Position numbers and translations under genes: made by a program. Under the pieces are notes generated by a model. It searched no databases. It saw nothing but the letters and a program-made list of their open reading frames with translations, and was not told the origin of the DNA. DNA of 60,225 nucleotides, filler included, from Sphacelaria rigidula (Eukaryota): NCBI GenBank assembly GCA_964200075.2. It is 7 parts of 7 records of this genome, joined end to end, with 100 filler letters (N's around TTAATTAATTAA, not from the genome) between each part and the next. Parts side by side here need not be neighbours in the genome. Positions count along the whole stretch, not along the records: positions 17,239 to 25,756 come from CAXNAA020010905.1; positions 25,857 to 34,374 come from CAXNAA020010906.1; positions 34,475 to 42,992 come from CAXNAA020010907.1; 4 more parts are not named here. The stretch is one strand, 5' to 3'. Of the stretch, positions 24,092 through 36,880 are shown piece by piece. Position 1 is the first letter of the stretch. Each line of letters starts with the position of its first letter.

Positions 24092-24339
24092 ACACTTTCT
24101 ACGATACCCCCCCCAAAAAAACCAGCTAAAAGTGTCACGAAAAAAATGGCCATACAGCGCCTGATGTTCGGGTTCAGGCTGCATAAAGCGCCTCATACTG
24201 GCGACATTGGCCAGAACGAACCCAGGCGTGGGAATTCCCAACTTCTCGTTGAGCTCGGCCTTTCCTATTTCGATTCACGTGAAGATTTTGCCTCCCAAAA
24301 CCATGCACTTTTTGGGGGGGGGCTATCGTAGAAAGTGTC
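24092..24339. mobile_element. ~250-bp MITE
   Basis: TIR GACACTTTCTACGATACCCCCCC / GGGGGGGCTATCGTAGAAAGTGTC. The same right end also occurs at 317-338. Confidence 0.75.
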
Positions 24340-24672
24340 CGTCATGAAAAAGAAGGGGATGGGGTTGAAAACGGGGAGCAGATCCGAGTCGTTCGAAGAT
24401 AGAGGGGGGTGGGAGGGTGTCGCCGCACCATCTTTCCTTGCCCAGTCTTTGGTGTATTGTTCACGTTGAAGCTCGTGGTTGTCCTTTAGAACAGCTAGCA
24501 AAGTAAACTCCTGATTCCCCATCGTGTAAAAGAAAGACCATTTTGATCCCCCTCTATCCTTGAACGATTCATCAGTGCAATGAAGTACTACGAGGTATTT
24601 GATTATAGTGTGGAGTGCGATATCTAATATTTGATTTTGGTGAGTTGTATCAACTACAGTATTGATCGGGTA

Positions 24673-25410
24673 GAGTAAACGTCCCTATTTCGGAACAGTA
24701 CCAATTACGGAACACGTTTTTTCAATCGTACATAAGGCCGCGAAATATTCATCGTTTCCCGCTCCAATTTTTGCTGCGTGTGCACAAGAGCACGACGCTT
24801 TTTTTGAGCTACTGCACATGCCTTTTGTATTAAAAACACCATCTCACAGCACTGTGAATAAGGGCGTGTGTGTCTTCCTTTAAAATCAGCTTTTTGGTCG
24901 ATCGGTTGCTAAGCATGCAGAGAGTAGGGTGGACCCAGAACGTGCAGCAGAGGCCGTAGAAGCGGTACGCAGCGGTCGCATGACCTTTCATGCTACTGCA
25001 AAGACCTTTGAAATCTTCGTTGGTTCGCTGCAGAAGCGTGTCAGTGGCAGCGTGGGCATAGCTGGTAGGGTTGGTCCGGGTACTGTACTGTCGAGGTAGG
25101 AAGAAAATTCCATCGAAGATATGCTGAAATTGGCCGCAGCTCGTCAACGGGCCTGAATAGAGATGGCTCTCGGGAGCGACGACCGACCGGTGCCACAGGA
25201 CCCGACAGTAGGCTCAGGTCGAAAATGGCTCGGCTTGTTCCTTCGGAGGCATCCGCGACTAGGTGAGCGCAGCAACCGCATCTACAAGGCCGATAGGGTG
25301 GTGCGATCGACGAAGAAGATCGCATGCCGGAGTTTTATGCGGCCTGTGAGGACTACGTGGACAAATAGGAGCCAGCAACCGACCGCAGATGGAACACGGA
25401 TGAGACAGGT
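24673..25410 (+). mobile_element. Decayed pogo/Fot1-type (Tc1/mariner superfamily) transposon: left end and N-terminal part of the transposase
   Basis: psq-type HTH: EAVEAVRSGRMTFHATAKTF...LQKRVSG...GPGTVLSR*EE. CENP-B-type HTH: GRKWLGLFLRRHPRL. First DDE motif: WNTDETG (25390-25410). Stops and frameshifts present. The left end has a repeated CGGAACA motif. Confidence 0.85.
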
Positions 25411-25756
25411 GCTTTACTGCCTGTCAAGAGCCGTTCCGTTTATGTGACCCAACGCATGTGTCGAGCTAGAGCCAGGGGCTGTTGCTGTGGCGTGGTGTTT
25501 GTCTGCTCTCAGTCATGCTGCGTTTGATTCGGTATTATTTTCGCCGCATTCTTCGCCGACAACGCTTTTGGCGTTTGCCTGCTCATTGCTGTCTCGGCGT
25601 GTTCTGTTGATTGCACTTACTATTTATAGAGGTCCTGCCTATACTGTCTGTAGGGGTGTTGCAAGTACCACGTTTAGAGATTGTGCCAGCACTGTGCGTA
25701 CCACCCGATACTCGACGTACTACTACTCTGTACCGTTCCCCCCCCCCCCCCCTCCC

Positions 25757-25856
25757 NNNNNNNNNNNNNNNNNNNNNNNNNNNNNNNNNNNNNNNNNNNN
25801 TTAATTAATTAANNNNNNNNNNNNNNNNNNNNNNNNNNNNNNNNNNNNNNNNNNNN
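25757..25856. other. Artificial contig spacer
   Basis: N44-TTAATTAATTAA-N44. Confidence 0.99.
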
Positions 25857-28132
25857 CCCCCCCCCCCCCTTCGTAGGATGCCCCCAAAGTGCCTCCTTCG
25901 GGGAAAAAGGGGCCCAAATCCCCCCCCCCCCCCCCCTATCGTAGGATGGCTCTTCCAAGCTTTTGGGGGATCCTGTTCACGAGCTAGGTCGGCCAGGAGC
26001 GCGAAGGTTCGCAATATATCGCCACGCGTAGCTCGTACGTTTGTATTGGAACCTGGACGTTTGACATTTCACTCGTAAGGTAATCACCGATACAATTCCA
26101 ACAACTCCTCCTGTGTTTTTTCTCCGAGAACCACCAACCAGATGTGTTGATTTTCGTTCACTCGGGTTCGCCGCTTATTGGTGAAAGGGTTTCCGGAATT
26201 TTACGACGAGTACCTCGCGAATCAGTTGTCGATATGCTTCGGGTCCCGACCCAGCTCACGAAACCATGCATGGCAATCTTTACAGATATTTGTGAATGCG
26301 TCCGTTTTGTTCACCCTGGGTACATCTTTCGTGTAACCACGCCAGGGTCCCTCGGGGATCATGAAGTTAATATGCGACACATCAATGGACTGATTGATGA
26401 ATCAATTTGCACCAAGATCGCCCTCGCAAGAAACTTCCGTGCCATACAGGGGTTCGGCCAAAGCTTTCGGTCAACGATAGATCAGAGAATGAGACGTCCA
26501 CCGCTTTTCTTCTGTAGCCTCGGAAGTTACACGCTCAGAATGCTTGGGCAAATTGGGAACATTGCTTCTTTGTGGAAAATGTCCAGGAGAGCAACGCGTA
26601 AGCTTCATACAAAAACAGAGCAAGCACAGAGACGCGAGTTTCACGACACGGACTGGGCGAACCCCTGAGCTGAAAGTTTTGCGCGTGGTCACCTTAACTA
26701 GCCGATTAGCTTAAAATGATCAATGCTCGGCTTGCTATGGCCCGGTGGCGTTCAAAAGGGATGGCCATCCGACACTCAGTATCTTGACCAGTCCAGCTTG
26801 TGCTGGTGCAGGAGGAGTTGTACATGAAAATCACTCAACAATAAATGGATTGGCGCCATGAACGGACTATAAATGACACACTTTCACACTTGAAAAACAA
26901 ATGGCCTCACCGTGGCTTAATCCGGTGACCACCAAACTTGTTTCGACACAATACCACCGGTCAACTTTCAACAGTCAACACTGGTTTCCCCGATTCTATT
27001 GTTGATGAGCTCGCTTCTGTTTGCGAGTCTATGACAGTATGTAATTGTATTCTTGCGGTCCTTGGCCCTCGTGCCATGTATTGTTCGGCCAATTTAATTA
27101 TTTTACATCTGGCGCTCAAGGGCTTGATAGATTGCTTCGCCCTGTCTGCAAGGTTTTATGGGTGTGGTGTTCGAAATAGTACCCGAGGCCTTCAACTGAT
27201 GTCGTCCACCTCGAGCAGCGCGACTTTTAGCTGTGGCGTGGTGGGACAAGATGGTCGAGTACCGAGACTGAGCTGCCTCATCTGAAGGGGCGGTGTGTCA
27301 ATTCGCAGCCCTTCAGTGTTTGGGATTCAACTGAAGTGATGTTCAGGACGGAGCGACTCTGTGGTAGTTACTTTGGTTCTCTACACAAACCATGCAATTA
27401 TGTAGCTCATTTTTCTCATGAATGTACGGGGGACAAGCCATTTCATCATTCAAGTATCTCACGATTAAACGCTTAGGCCTGAGAACGGAAGCGTCGTAGC
27501 TCTCACTGTTTGGCACAAAATCAGAATCAGCTGAATCCCCCCCCTCACCCCCGAGGTTTTAAGACGGATGAAGTGATTTCGTAGATGATTTCTCCCCGCC
27601 CTCCTATGTCAAGTCAGCTCACTTGAAAATACCGGAAAAGGGAAAACCGAGACAGCGGCACAGGCAGAGAGACAGGAAGGATATTACTCCCATGTCTTAT
27701 CACATCACCTCACTCGCACCTAGTTTGTGGAAGGCGCTTGATGTTCTTTGCCCTTCGCACCCGCACCAGCCACATACAAGCCAGTCCACCGCTGTACCAC
27801 AACGCTAAACAATCTTACGTATATATGTACTGTCACGCGCGATAAAATACTCGTACTTAAATCAAAGCGCCATTGTACACACTCGGTGAGCTAAACTCCG
27901 GTATGCGTGGGATGAGTGTTTTCCCACCCACACACAACATTCACTCGACTTACTCGCGAAGGAGTACCTCCTGCACGCGTCTGGGCAAGAACGATGTGTA
28001 TGTTCATTGGACTATTTTTCGCCACACCTTAACTCATCCGGTATACACCCGACCGTAATCACAAGATAACGTTTAGACACATACCGTCTGAAATATTTTG
28101 GTCGATTTTAACAAACGTCGATCGTTTGCTCT

Positions 28133-28417
28133 TCAAACCATCTCTCTGTTGACACTCCTCTCGTCTATGAACGCCTCTTTTTGAACGCGAATATCATAAC
28201 CGCGTGCGGCTTCAGCTGTCACTTGCGTCAGGATTTTGGTTGCGTTGTCATTGTGTGCAGTGTACCCTATTTTCGGTTTCAGGCCGGCCTGGCGGTTCCG
28301 GTCACGTTTCAATGTCGTTTTTCGACCGCGGTAGTTCGTGCTTGTAGCGTGGGTTTCATTAACACTTTCCCGCTGCCAACGCTGTTTTGTGCCATCGCTG
28401 CTTTTCGACTCACAACC
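28133..28417 (-). CDS. Candidate terminal coding exon of the contig-4 minus-strand gene (GCESKSS...NREMV*)
   Basis: CAG acceptor; 95 codons to TGA, in phase 0 with the upstream exon. The pyrimidine tract is weak. Confidence 0.4.
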   Translation of the reverse strand, partial: GCESKSSDGTKQRWQRESVNETHATSTNYRGRKTTLKRDRNRQAGLKPKIGYTAHNDNATKILTQVTAEAARGYDIRVQKEAFIDERSVNREMV

Positions 28418-28589
28418 CTGCCCCCGCTACTACGCATGGCGGATGGCGCTGATGTGACGCACAACCCCCCACGAGATGCGCGCACGATGACACGGCTACG
28501 CAGAGAGGATACCCGATCGCGCAACACCAAGTGACTATGTGTTGCCCCTCAATCCTCCCAAAACACAACGTTTACACTCCGCCCCCAAC

Positions 28590-29818
28590 CAGCTGCCAAA
28601 GTCTGGTGTTGTTGTGCCGCAGGGCATTAATTACCTCGACCGCCTCTTGATTCGCTGCTCGTCGCTCGGTCGACCACTCTGAATCTCTCCCCGCCCCATC
28701 TGTGTTGGCCATTCGGAAGGCACAACCCCTCTTCCCGTCCCCGCCATCACGTACAGAAACACTGCCATCACAAACCCTTTCTGTTGCGATGCGGGAGTTT
28801 TCACCCCTTACATCGGAGACACTGGCGTCACCGTTTTTCTGACTATCTACAAATGCTTCCGGGGTCGTCGCAAGCTTGTTGTGTCTACTGAAAGAATCAT
28901 AGCTCCCGGTCTCACCGCGACTTTCATCGCTATTGATTCTCGTTTTGCTAGTGCTGGCCGTGGCAATGGTGCTACTTGCAGTGTCACATCTTGACGACCA
29001 TTGGTGTTGACCCGCTGCATCTCCGTCAAAGTTGCCCGCTGCCGCTGGTTCCGGGTGACGATAGGTTTCTCCCCCTTCTTTGTATTCGCTTCTTTGTTGC
29101 GATTGTTCAAGGGAACGACCCTGCCTGTCACTGGCGCTCGATGAAGACACGTCGACATTTTCTTCACTTTCTTGCAAATGATCTCGCATGCCCTCCCCTT
29201 CGAGCATGCGTTCCCTCATTTGCGTGCTTCCATCGCTGTGGCAGCGGCGGCTACTACCGCAACTATTATTCCGTACTGCCGTCGCATTTCCTTTGTTATT
29301 TAGGGTTCTCTTTCTCGTGAGAGAACGAGCCCCAGTAGAAGCAAGAGATGTCGACCCCGGACAACTACCCCTTCTTTTCATGATTCCGCTCTTCGTCAAC
29401 CCTGATCCGTGCCACCTCCGTGTTGGCGTGCCCCAGACATCGGTTGGCGTTCTCCCACCCCTCCCAGCTAGGATTGGTGCCGATAGCACGGTAGATGATT
29501 CTTCAGACAAAGTGGGATAAACACTTTGAGTGCTTAGCGACCAATCTGACGTGGACAGCTGTTGCCTTAAAACGTAGGGGTTCTGATGGCTATTGTGGTG
29601 ATAGGAGGCTGTCCCACCTGTTGTTGCCCCTCCCCCCCCCCCTCCTGCTATCCCAACGTAAGATGGTGATGCATTCGGGGAATTGCTACTCCCCAGTCCT
29701 GCTCCGAATAAGGTGTTACGGATTGTGGTGCCTAGGCCGCTGTTCTTGACTCCGCTTGGATAGAAAAAGGGACGATCGCCAGATATAGTTTCCCTGGTCA
29801 CCCCGGTGTGCCCCAGGT
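28590..29818 (-). CDS. Large (1229-nt) exon of an unknown Ser/Gly/Arg-rich, probably disordered protein
   Basis: Overlaps the 409-aa ORF. Acceptor TTCTACTGCCAG; donor CTG|GTTGGG after ...NNTRLWQL. Confidence 0.7.
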
Positions 29819-31864
29819 CTGGCAGTAGAACAGGTTCTACGAGCAGTAAGCAGTGGGATTGACCCTGCGTTTGTATTAATCGAATATTGACCAGTGAGTC
29901 GATCGGTACATGGAGCTCAGAATGCTTCGTGGAAAACGCGTTGAGAAAATATGCAAGCAGGCAAACGTGTGCGGCATTCCACGTGCATCGTAGCTTATGA
30001 CGGCAGCAGTAGAAATGGACGTTGCGCCGCTGCTACATACATCATAATATGATATTATACAGCAATACATCAACTCAAACATAAATCATACACTTCTCAC
30101 ATCTTACATGAAGCTACAACTCGTATCTTATCAAAATATACCCAAGCATCCAAACAATGCTGGCATTAGAATGAAATTTATGAACATTGTATGCACACTA
30201 CCATCTTCGTCACTGTTTGGACTTTGTAAGTGCTCCCTACGGTTGTTACACGTATGGCCACCGACATGGATGACTAGTTCTGCGTTTGCGCATTTTTCCC
30301 GACAGTACATCTTCATGCCACCGCATCCATCGGCGTTTGGTTGTTGTCTGTACGCGCAGATTTGCTTAGGGAAGATATCGAGGTATGGGTACGGGCATGG
30401 GCCTGGACCTCATGGATTCGCAAAAAGTATATTTACTCACAATGGAGGCTACATGTGTCAGCCTGCAGTTCAGTTCAAACGTGATCGAAATACGTAGATC
30501 CGAGTGCAAGCTGGGCCAGCCTAGGAGCGGATCAGCAGGTTGTAAGACCCATTCTTACCTCATTTGCGAGAGTTGGACTTCCAAATTTGGTACGGAGAAT
30601 CAACACGACATATTAAAGAACAGAACCTTTGGGACGTTAATACTTGATTTCATGAGTTAAGGGCGAAAAACAAAATCCAGTTTCCATAAAAACGTCGTAA
30701 GTCATAAAAACAAATATCTCAACGTCCTACAGAGTATTTTTTCATGCCCTGTTGATTCTCCGCATCAAATTTGGAAGTCCAACTCTCACAATTGAGGTGA
30801 TACGAGCGATTGAGAAGCCGGGCAGGTCAAGATTCGGAACAGTCTTTGCAGCCATATACCAGCCAGTTTCGATACTTGTGCATGGACATTTTGTGTGGAT
30901 GGTCACCAGGGCATAACGATGAAAAAATGGGGACACGGTTTCTCATTTTTTCATGAGTTAAGGACGTTCTAGTGCAGTGAGGATAACGTTTTGACGAGAA
31001 CGTTCTTCACTCACGAAAATACACGTAAAGACCCACTTTTTGGTCTTCAGGTTGTCCTAGCGATTCTCTCCACAAAATTTCAAGGCACAAGTCTGAAACC
31101 CTAAACTGTGTTAAGGGCCACAAACAATTCCCACTTTTCACTTAAACGCCCCGAAAGACGTGAAAAAAAAAAGTATCGAAGTGGCTGAAGTTTTGTCATC
31201 ATTATGCCCTAGCAATTCTTCACACTAAATTTCAAAGCACAACTCTCAAACTGAGACACGGAATCCAGATTTAGTACACCATATGCCTCTGCCCGTAATA
31301 TATCGATTTCAGTATGGAATCTACGGTAGGGGTGCACAATATTTTCCCGAGCTCTGTACTGAAGGAGTCTCTCGACGACAAAAAATTGGACCCTAGTGTG
31401 CAGCCTCAGAAACGTGTTTAGACCAAAAAGAGCATCCCTACTGTAGAACCACTCCTTATGTGCATTGTGTCTCTGGATAGATGATGAATCAGGTGTGGGT
31501 GAAGGTATCGATCGTTTCCCCGTGATCCAGGCAACGTTCACACCAAAATTCGCCGTCATCCGCTCTATCTATCGTTCGTAGATTCATACAGAGTTCATTA
31601 TGGACTCCATGTCCGAACGTATGGTATAGGAAGTAGTCGGCATGGCGTTCAATCAATGGAAAAAATCGAGCCAGACTTGAGAACAGATAGGCATCTTCCC
31701 CTTGGTTAGACGATGTATAAGGTATGTGGATCACGCCCCAGTTTGTTTGTGTTGGTGAGACATGGCTGCGAGAGGTCAAGTCCGTTTTCAGACTGGCCCA
31801 GCTCCCATGAGAGTCCTGAAAACGTTCGAGTCTATCTCGAGGCGCGGACCGGCACCTTACTCAC

Positions 31865-32115
31865 ATCTAGTCTCGCGGCTTGATCAACGGTGAGTTTATT
31901 CTGCACCGTCTGCACGTCCATAAATGAGGGATTGCATGCTAGGTGACCCTTCATGCTTCTTCCGCTGCAAAAGATGCTGCTCTGTTGTGGTCTTGTGTAC
32001 AACACGCGGAGTCGTGGTCGAATCTGTCCTAATCCGGCGGTCAGTGCTGTTTTTTCTTCGAACAACACCGGGCTGGTTGTTGCACATCTGTTCCCCACCG
32101 AATGTGGGAGTTTCT
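31865..32115 (-). other. Candidate upstream exon of the minus-strand gene (...MDVQTVQNKLTVDQAARLD)
   Basis: TTTCTTTGGCAG acceptor, GTGAGT donor and an open frame. The coding start is uncertain. Confidence 0.4.
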
Positions 32116-32932
32116 CTGCCAAAGAAATACCCAAAGTCCACGAAACCAGATGTGATTAAAAGCGGGCACTTGTGTGTACACACTGATACTCTGGTTTCGC
32201 TACAGATGCTTCACTACCCTAAAGTCGGGACTTATACACGCGCCGAACTGCCCCAAAGTCAGCCCGGCCCTGACTGCTGCTAGCACAGCAACACACCGCG
32301 ACGCAGTCTTGGATATCAATCGATCGCTGCAATTGCCCCCCCTGTGTAATTTACTTACTGCAAAAAAGATAAATGGGAGCCAAAAAAACGCCACTCACAA
32401 ACTCAAACATCAAAAACTCCACATGTGGCGTTGATTAAGGTGAGTTTGGTTGGCGTAGGTGAGGCTGTAGAGCACAGGAGTCCCGGCGAGTGAATACGAC
32501 CGTGTTCTCGTTTTTGCGAAACAAAACGCGGGACAACTGGTATCGATTGGAATGTTCTGTTCCGATATTTCACGGTTTCGCATGCCATCCGCGCCAAGAA
32601 TCATCGAGATTTGAGCTCGCACTGCACTTACTGCACTGCATGTTATCCGCAGGCAACGTGTAGTGCTATACATATCCTGTAAGGTTTCTTCATGTCTTGA
32701 TGCAGTATGGCGTCAGACAGAGGAAGTTGGTTAATGATATTCATAGTCAGCGGATGTAATTTCGCCGCGTATCTAGGCGAACGGATAAATAGGCTCGACG
32801 CCGGTGTAGCTGATGCTTCCATTAGAGAGAAGGAAATGCAGTACAGCATATCCCTCAACAATACATACTACACGCGGAGCGTGATCAATACAGAGGGTGC
32901 TCATTACACGTCTTAGTAGTGGTAGTCGAAAA

Positions 32933-33046
32933 ATGGCAACCATGGCTACTGTTGCTTCGACAACTTCAGGCTCGTCCCACAAAAGTGTGACGGCGGACGA
33001 TGACACGAGGCAGTTCATCCGCGGTCTGGAGATGTCAGCGCGGAAG
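32933..33046 (+). CDS. Candidate first coding exon (MATMATVASTTSGSSHKSVTADDDTRQFIRGLEMSARK)
   Basis: AAAATGG start context, AAG|GTATGC donor, 38 codons. Product unknown. Confidence 0.55.
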
Positions 33047-33240
33047 GTATGCTACAGCACAACACTGTACAGTAGCACAGTAGCAGACAGTGCAGTATGC
33101 AACCTCTGGCATTCAGGTCGCTTGTTCAGCGTCGGCTGAACCGGGATTTAGGGAGGGTTCGGAACAGTTGCTGGTCGATCCTACGAGCTGAAAAAGCTTG
33201 CGCTATATCAACCCCTTTCAGCGCAAGGAACAATGTTTCC

Positions 33241-33447
33241 GTGAGATTGCAGAAGACGCGATTGAGAGTGAAAAGCGCTCAATTAGTGAATGATTCGTTT
33301 CAGTTCCGAAATGCCCCTCCACGAGGCTCAATGTGCTTTCTGTAGTAGCTCGGCACTGAGGCCCTTGATATCCCTGAGTAGGGTACCGACGTGTAGCTGT
33401 AAGCACACGTCAATGATGGGGGCAAAGAAAATCACACATGGAATGAA
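33241..33447 (+). repeat. Interspersed repeat, copy 2
   Basis: Homologous to 22810-23010. Confidence 0.85.
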
Positions 33448-34374
33448 TAATCGAGTAAGCTAGAGCGATTGATCAAATCACTCTCAATCAGCGTTCTACT
33501 CTCACTCTCATGAAAACGTTGTTGAGGGTGGGCCATCTGGGCCCGTACACCATTCTGGACAATAGAAAATGTGTGCAAAAAGTATACTGCGTACAGTATC
33601 CAATAGCTCTATATTGTAGGGCTGTGAACTGGCTGCTCTGGCCAGTTAAGTTCAAACTGGCCGCTGGCGCGGCCAGTACATCGATTGTTTTCCAGTTAAT
33701 CGCCGACTCGCGGGAGCGCCGCCGGAGGCGAGAAAAATTGATTTATATTTGGCTTGTTTCTCCTTCAAAAATGTGAAAAATTGCAGAAAATGTGACCCCT
33801 CACATTGAGGAGCTAAAAGACTTAGATGACACAGGAGTGCCCCCGCGAAAAAACCCGAGACTCTTATGTACACCCTCCCTCCCCCTCCCCCCCCCCCCCT
33901 CCGGCGGTCGTAGGATTTTTGCTTTTTTTCACGTTAAGAAACACTCAATAAATAGCCATTTTGGGGAGACTTGGGTGAGGCAGCACCCATGATTGTTGGC
34001 CCTATCTGTCACCAGAAGATGCGACGCACATTGGAGGCAAATTGACGGTGCAGATAGATACATTTAGCTTGATTGAGCAAGCATTGCAGATCATTTTGGT
34101 ATTTTTCTGGTCTTGTTCTTGTCGTGGGAGTGTGATGTGCAATGTATTGTCGAAACCCATAAATATAACTTGGCCTTACTTGGGTCCGAAGGTATGCAAA
34201 GGATTAAAGGACGAATTTTAATTTTGATATAAAATATTTTCTGGTTTTTTTAGTTATTCGTACTTTATTTCTTATTTTTTATGTATGTGTGGGATTTAGT
34301 AACCGCCACCTTTATCGACCTCCCGCCCATGAAGGACTATACCAAAGAAGGAGAGCGCAGAGGACAGGAACCTA

Positions 34375-34474
34375 NNNNNNNNNNNNNNNNNNNNNNNNNN
34401 NNNNNNNNNNNNNNNNNNTTAATTAATTAANNNNNNNNNNNNNNNNNNNNNNNNNNNNNNNNNNNNNNNNNNNN
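34375..34474. other. Artificial contig spacer
   Basis: N44-TTAATTAATTAA-N44. Confidence 0.99.
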
Positions 34475-34478
34475 AACA

Positions 34479-34616
34479 CACCACGGCGCTTCGCGCTTGA
34501 TGGTTTGAGTGCAAGCCTGGTCAGGCGAAAACCCGGCGTGCTCCGTCTCGGCATCGTGGGGATGCGAGGTCAATGGTCATATGACTGTGGCACGTATGAT
34601 CATGAGTACACTCCCC
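34479..34616 (+). mobile_element. ~135-nt retroposon-like element (long relative of the 70-nt family)
   Basis: Reverse-complement homologue of 50611-50742 and partly of 265-312. Ends ATGAGTACACTCCCC. Confidence 0.7.
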
Positions 34617-34624
34617 ACCTCCCC

Positions 34625-34750
34625 CCGCAAGTATGATCTAGCTCGGCCAGAATCATGGTTATCGCAACAAAAGCCCCCCGCTAACCTGGTTCTCTAGCTC
34701 ACGTGATGAATGGCGTGATTTTACAGCGTTGTTGCCAACCGATGCCAGCT
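34625..34750 (+). repeat. Interspersed repeat homologous to 113-250
   Basis: Shared ATGAT.TAGCTCG...ATCATGGTT and CTAGCTCACGT...GCCAACCGAT blocks. Confidence 0.75.
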
Positions 34751-34835
34751 CTTGGAGGGAAAATGGGGGGGGGGGGTGGGACTGCCCATGTTTGTTTTCG
34801 CCTCACATTCGGGGCGATTCAGGCANNNNNNNNNN

Positions 34836-34909
34836 GGGGGCGTACTCATTTGTTGCTTGCCTTAGTCGTGTGACCATTGACCACGCATCCCTTTCGAGAC
34901 GGAGCACCC
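34836..34909 (-). mobile_element. ~70-nt short retroposon-like element, copy 1
   Basis: GGGGGCGTACTCATTTGTTGCTTGCCTTAGTC....GACCATTGACCACGCATCCCTTTCGAGACGGAGCA; near-identical to three other copies. The strand assignment is inferred. Confidence 0.85.
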
Positions 34910-35346
34910 AACTCAGCAGAAAATACAACCCCTGTAAAGTGCCCTCGTCTACATGGAATTCGTCGACGCATACGCATTAGGATTTCATCAAGTATGGATG
35001 ATTTCACCTCGCGAAGCTGTCAGCACCACTTGACCCGGAACCGATAGTGTGAGCCATCACAGATAAATCGGCGGTGACGTGATACAAATTCAAAAACGAG
35101 TTCGTGATTCGCGTCTACATGATTATAAATATAGAGCGGCATTTCGCAGCAAACTCTCTACCCCTATGTTAATGCCTGTTAGCAGACTTACCGAATTCCA
35201 CACCGCTGCGGTTTCGTCCCCTCTCCCCCTCGCTCTTTTTTTCTACATATACATATATCATTGGATGCTGACCTCTCAGGCTAAACCTTGAGGAACCAAT
35301 CTCCCTTGAATCGTGCATGATGTCGGAATACGACGTGTGGCATCAA

Positions 35347-35379
35347 TCAGCCGGCGATACTGCTGGCGGGAAATGACGC
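35347..35379 (-). CDS. Candidate last exon of the PP2A B56 gene (ASFPASSIAG*)
   Basis: TTTCTCTCAGCGTGCTAG acceptor, phase 0, TGA stop. No homology support. Confidence 0.4.
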   Translation of the reverse strand, partial: ASFPASSIAG

Positions 35380-36399
35380 CTAGCACGCTGAGAGAAACAC
35401 ATACACTTCCCGCATGCTCTCTCTTGAAACCTTTCGACAACGGAGATAGAGGTTGGATTCTCTTCTGATCGCAAAAAGCATCGACACATGAAAAAGCAAG
35501 CCACAAACGTAAGCACTTGCATCCGTGCGACGCCCTCGGGAAGAAATCACCACGAGCACTTCCGCTGTAAAAGGGTTGGTTTAGCGTAAGCACTCAGTGG
35601 AACAGTTTTTTTTTTTTCTTCATATTTCAGGATAACGATAAAAATAAAATAAAAACGTCAACGACTACAGTAACCAACTTTTGATGACCCAGGAAATACA
35701 CACGGGATTTTAGACATTGAGGATGGACTTCTCTTGAGGATGAACCTTGGAACCCTCACTAGTAAGCATTGAGATATGATCAAAAGCACCATGCACCATG
35801 CAAAAGGACAATCTGGCCGTGATGTGCGGCCTAGCTCATCTCAAAACATCAAATCCATCCGCAACTTGTTAAATTCTGATTTGACACGGGATTCTGACCA
35901 ATACGAACAGCTTTTTGTACGGGTATGAAAGGAGGTGGGATTTGTTCGGGAGTAACATAACGCGGCATTTTACAAATTGCGGATGGGTTCTTTCGAGGGT
36001 GAGCTGGGCCACCCATCACGGCCAGATAGTGCATTTTGCATTCTTATTTCGAACATATTCCGGTTCATCCTCAAGAAGAGATCTATCCTCGATGTGTAAA
36101 GCCCCATGTTTCGATAGCTGAAAATCCAACGTTTCACGCGAGCGCCAACCCAAGCGTTCATCTGAGTACACATCTGGATATATGCCAATATCAATCCACC
36201 TTCTTTCGTGAATATATTGCTTCACCGTCTCCTCTGCATTCACGATCAGTACCAAATTGTTTGGGGTCGAAGGGTTGACAAAACAGAAACTTGGGGAGCG
36301 GACGCTCATCAAACTGCTGTGGACTATCATGTATACGACATCAGCGTTAGCCCACGACTCATCAGCCGGTGCTGGTTCTCAGCTAGGGGAGGAACAGGA

Positions 36400-36880
36400 T
36401 GATATACTACGTTACCCCCGTACAGTGGAATCCCAGCATAGTGTGGTCAAAATCACCGGTCACAGATCCGATCTCCTATAATAATGTCGAGTAGTGCACT
36501 CTACCGGCATAGCGCGGGTCCCAGCGCAGTGCGGTGGTGTTCAGCTGGAGAAGGGGAGGGCGTGACATACTACGTACGCCGGTACAGTGGGATCCCAGCA
36601 TAATGTAGTCAAAGTCACTTGTCACAGTCCAATATTATATAATGATGTCAAGTAATCGCACCACCAGCACAGTGCGGTGGTTTTCAGCAGGGAAAGGGAA
36701 AGAGGCGATTTACTACGTACGCCACTACAGTAGAATTCAAGCACAGTGCGGTCAAAATCACATGTCACACGCCCTATATGCAATAATAACATCAAGTGAT
36801 TTCACCCTACCAGCATGGCGTGGGTCCCAGCATAATGCGGCCATACCCGACTGACGACCCACCGCACTATACTAGGACCC
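36400..36880 (+). repeat. Degenerate tandem repeat with a GGGTCCCAGCATAGTGCGGTCA core
   Basis: Several CCCAGCATA.TG..GTCA cores. Its end (CGAC.CACCGCACTATA.T.GGAC) matches 41475-41500. Confidence 0.7.

Noticed and set aside
23652..24331. Conserved ORFs shared with 46203-46673
   Set aside because: The similarity comes from a non-coding repeat, and the frames are not maintained between copies.
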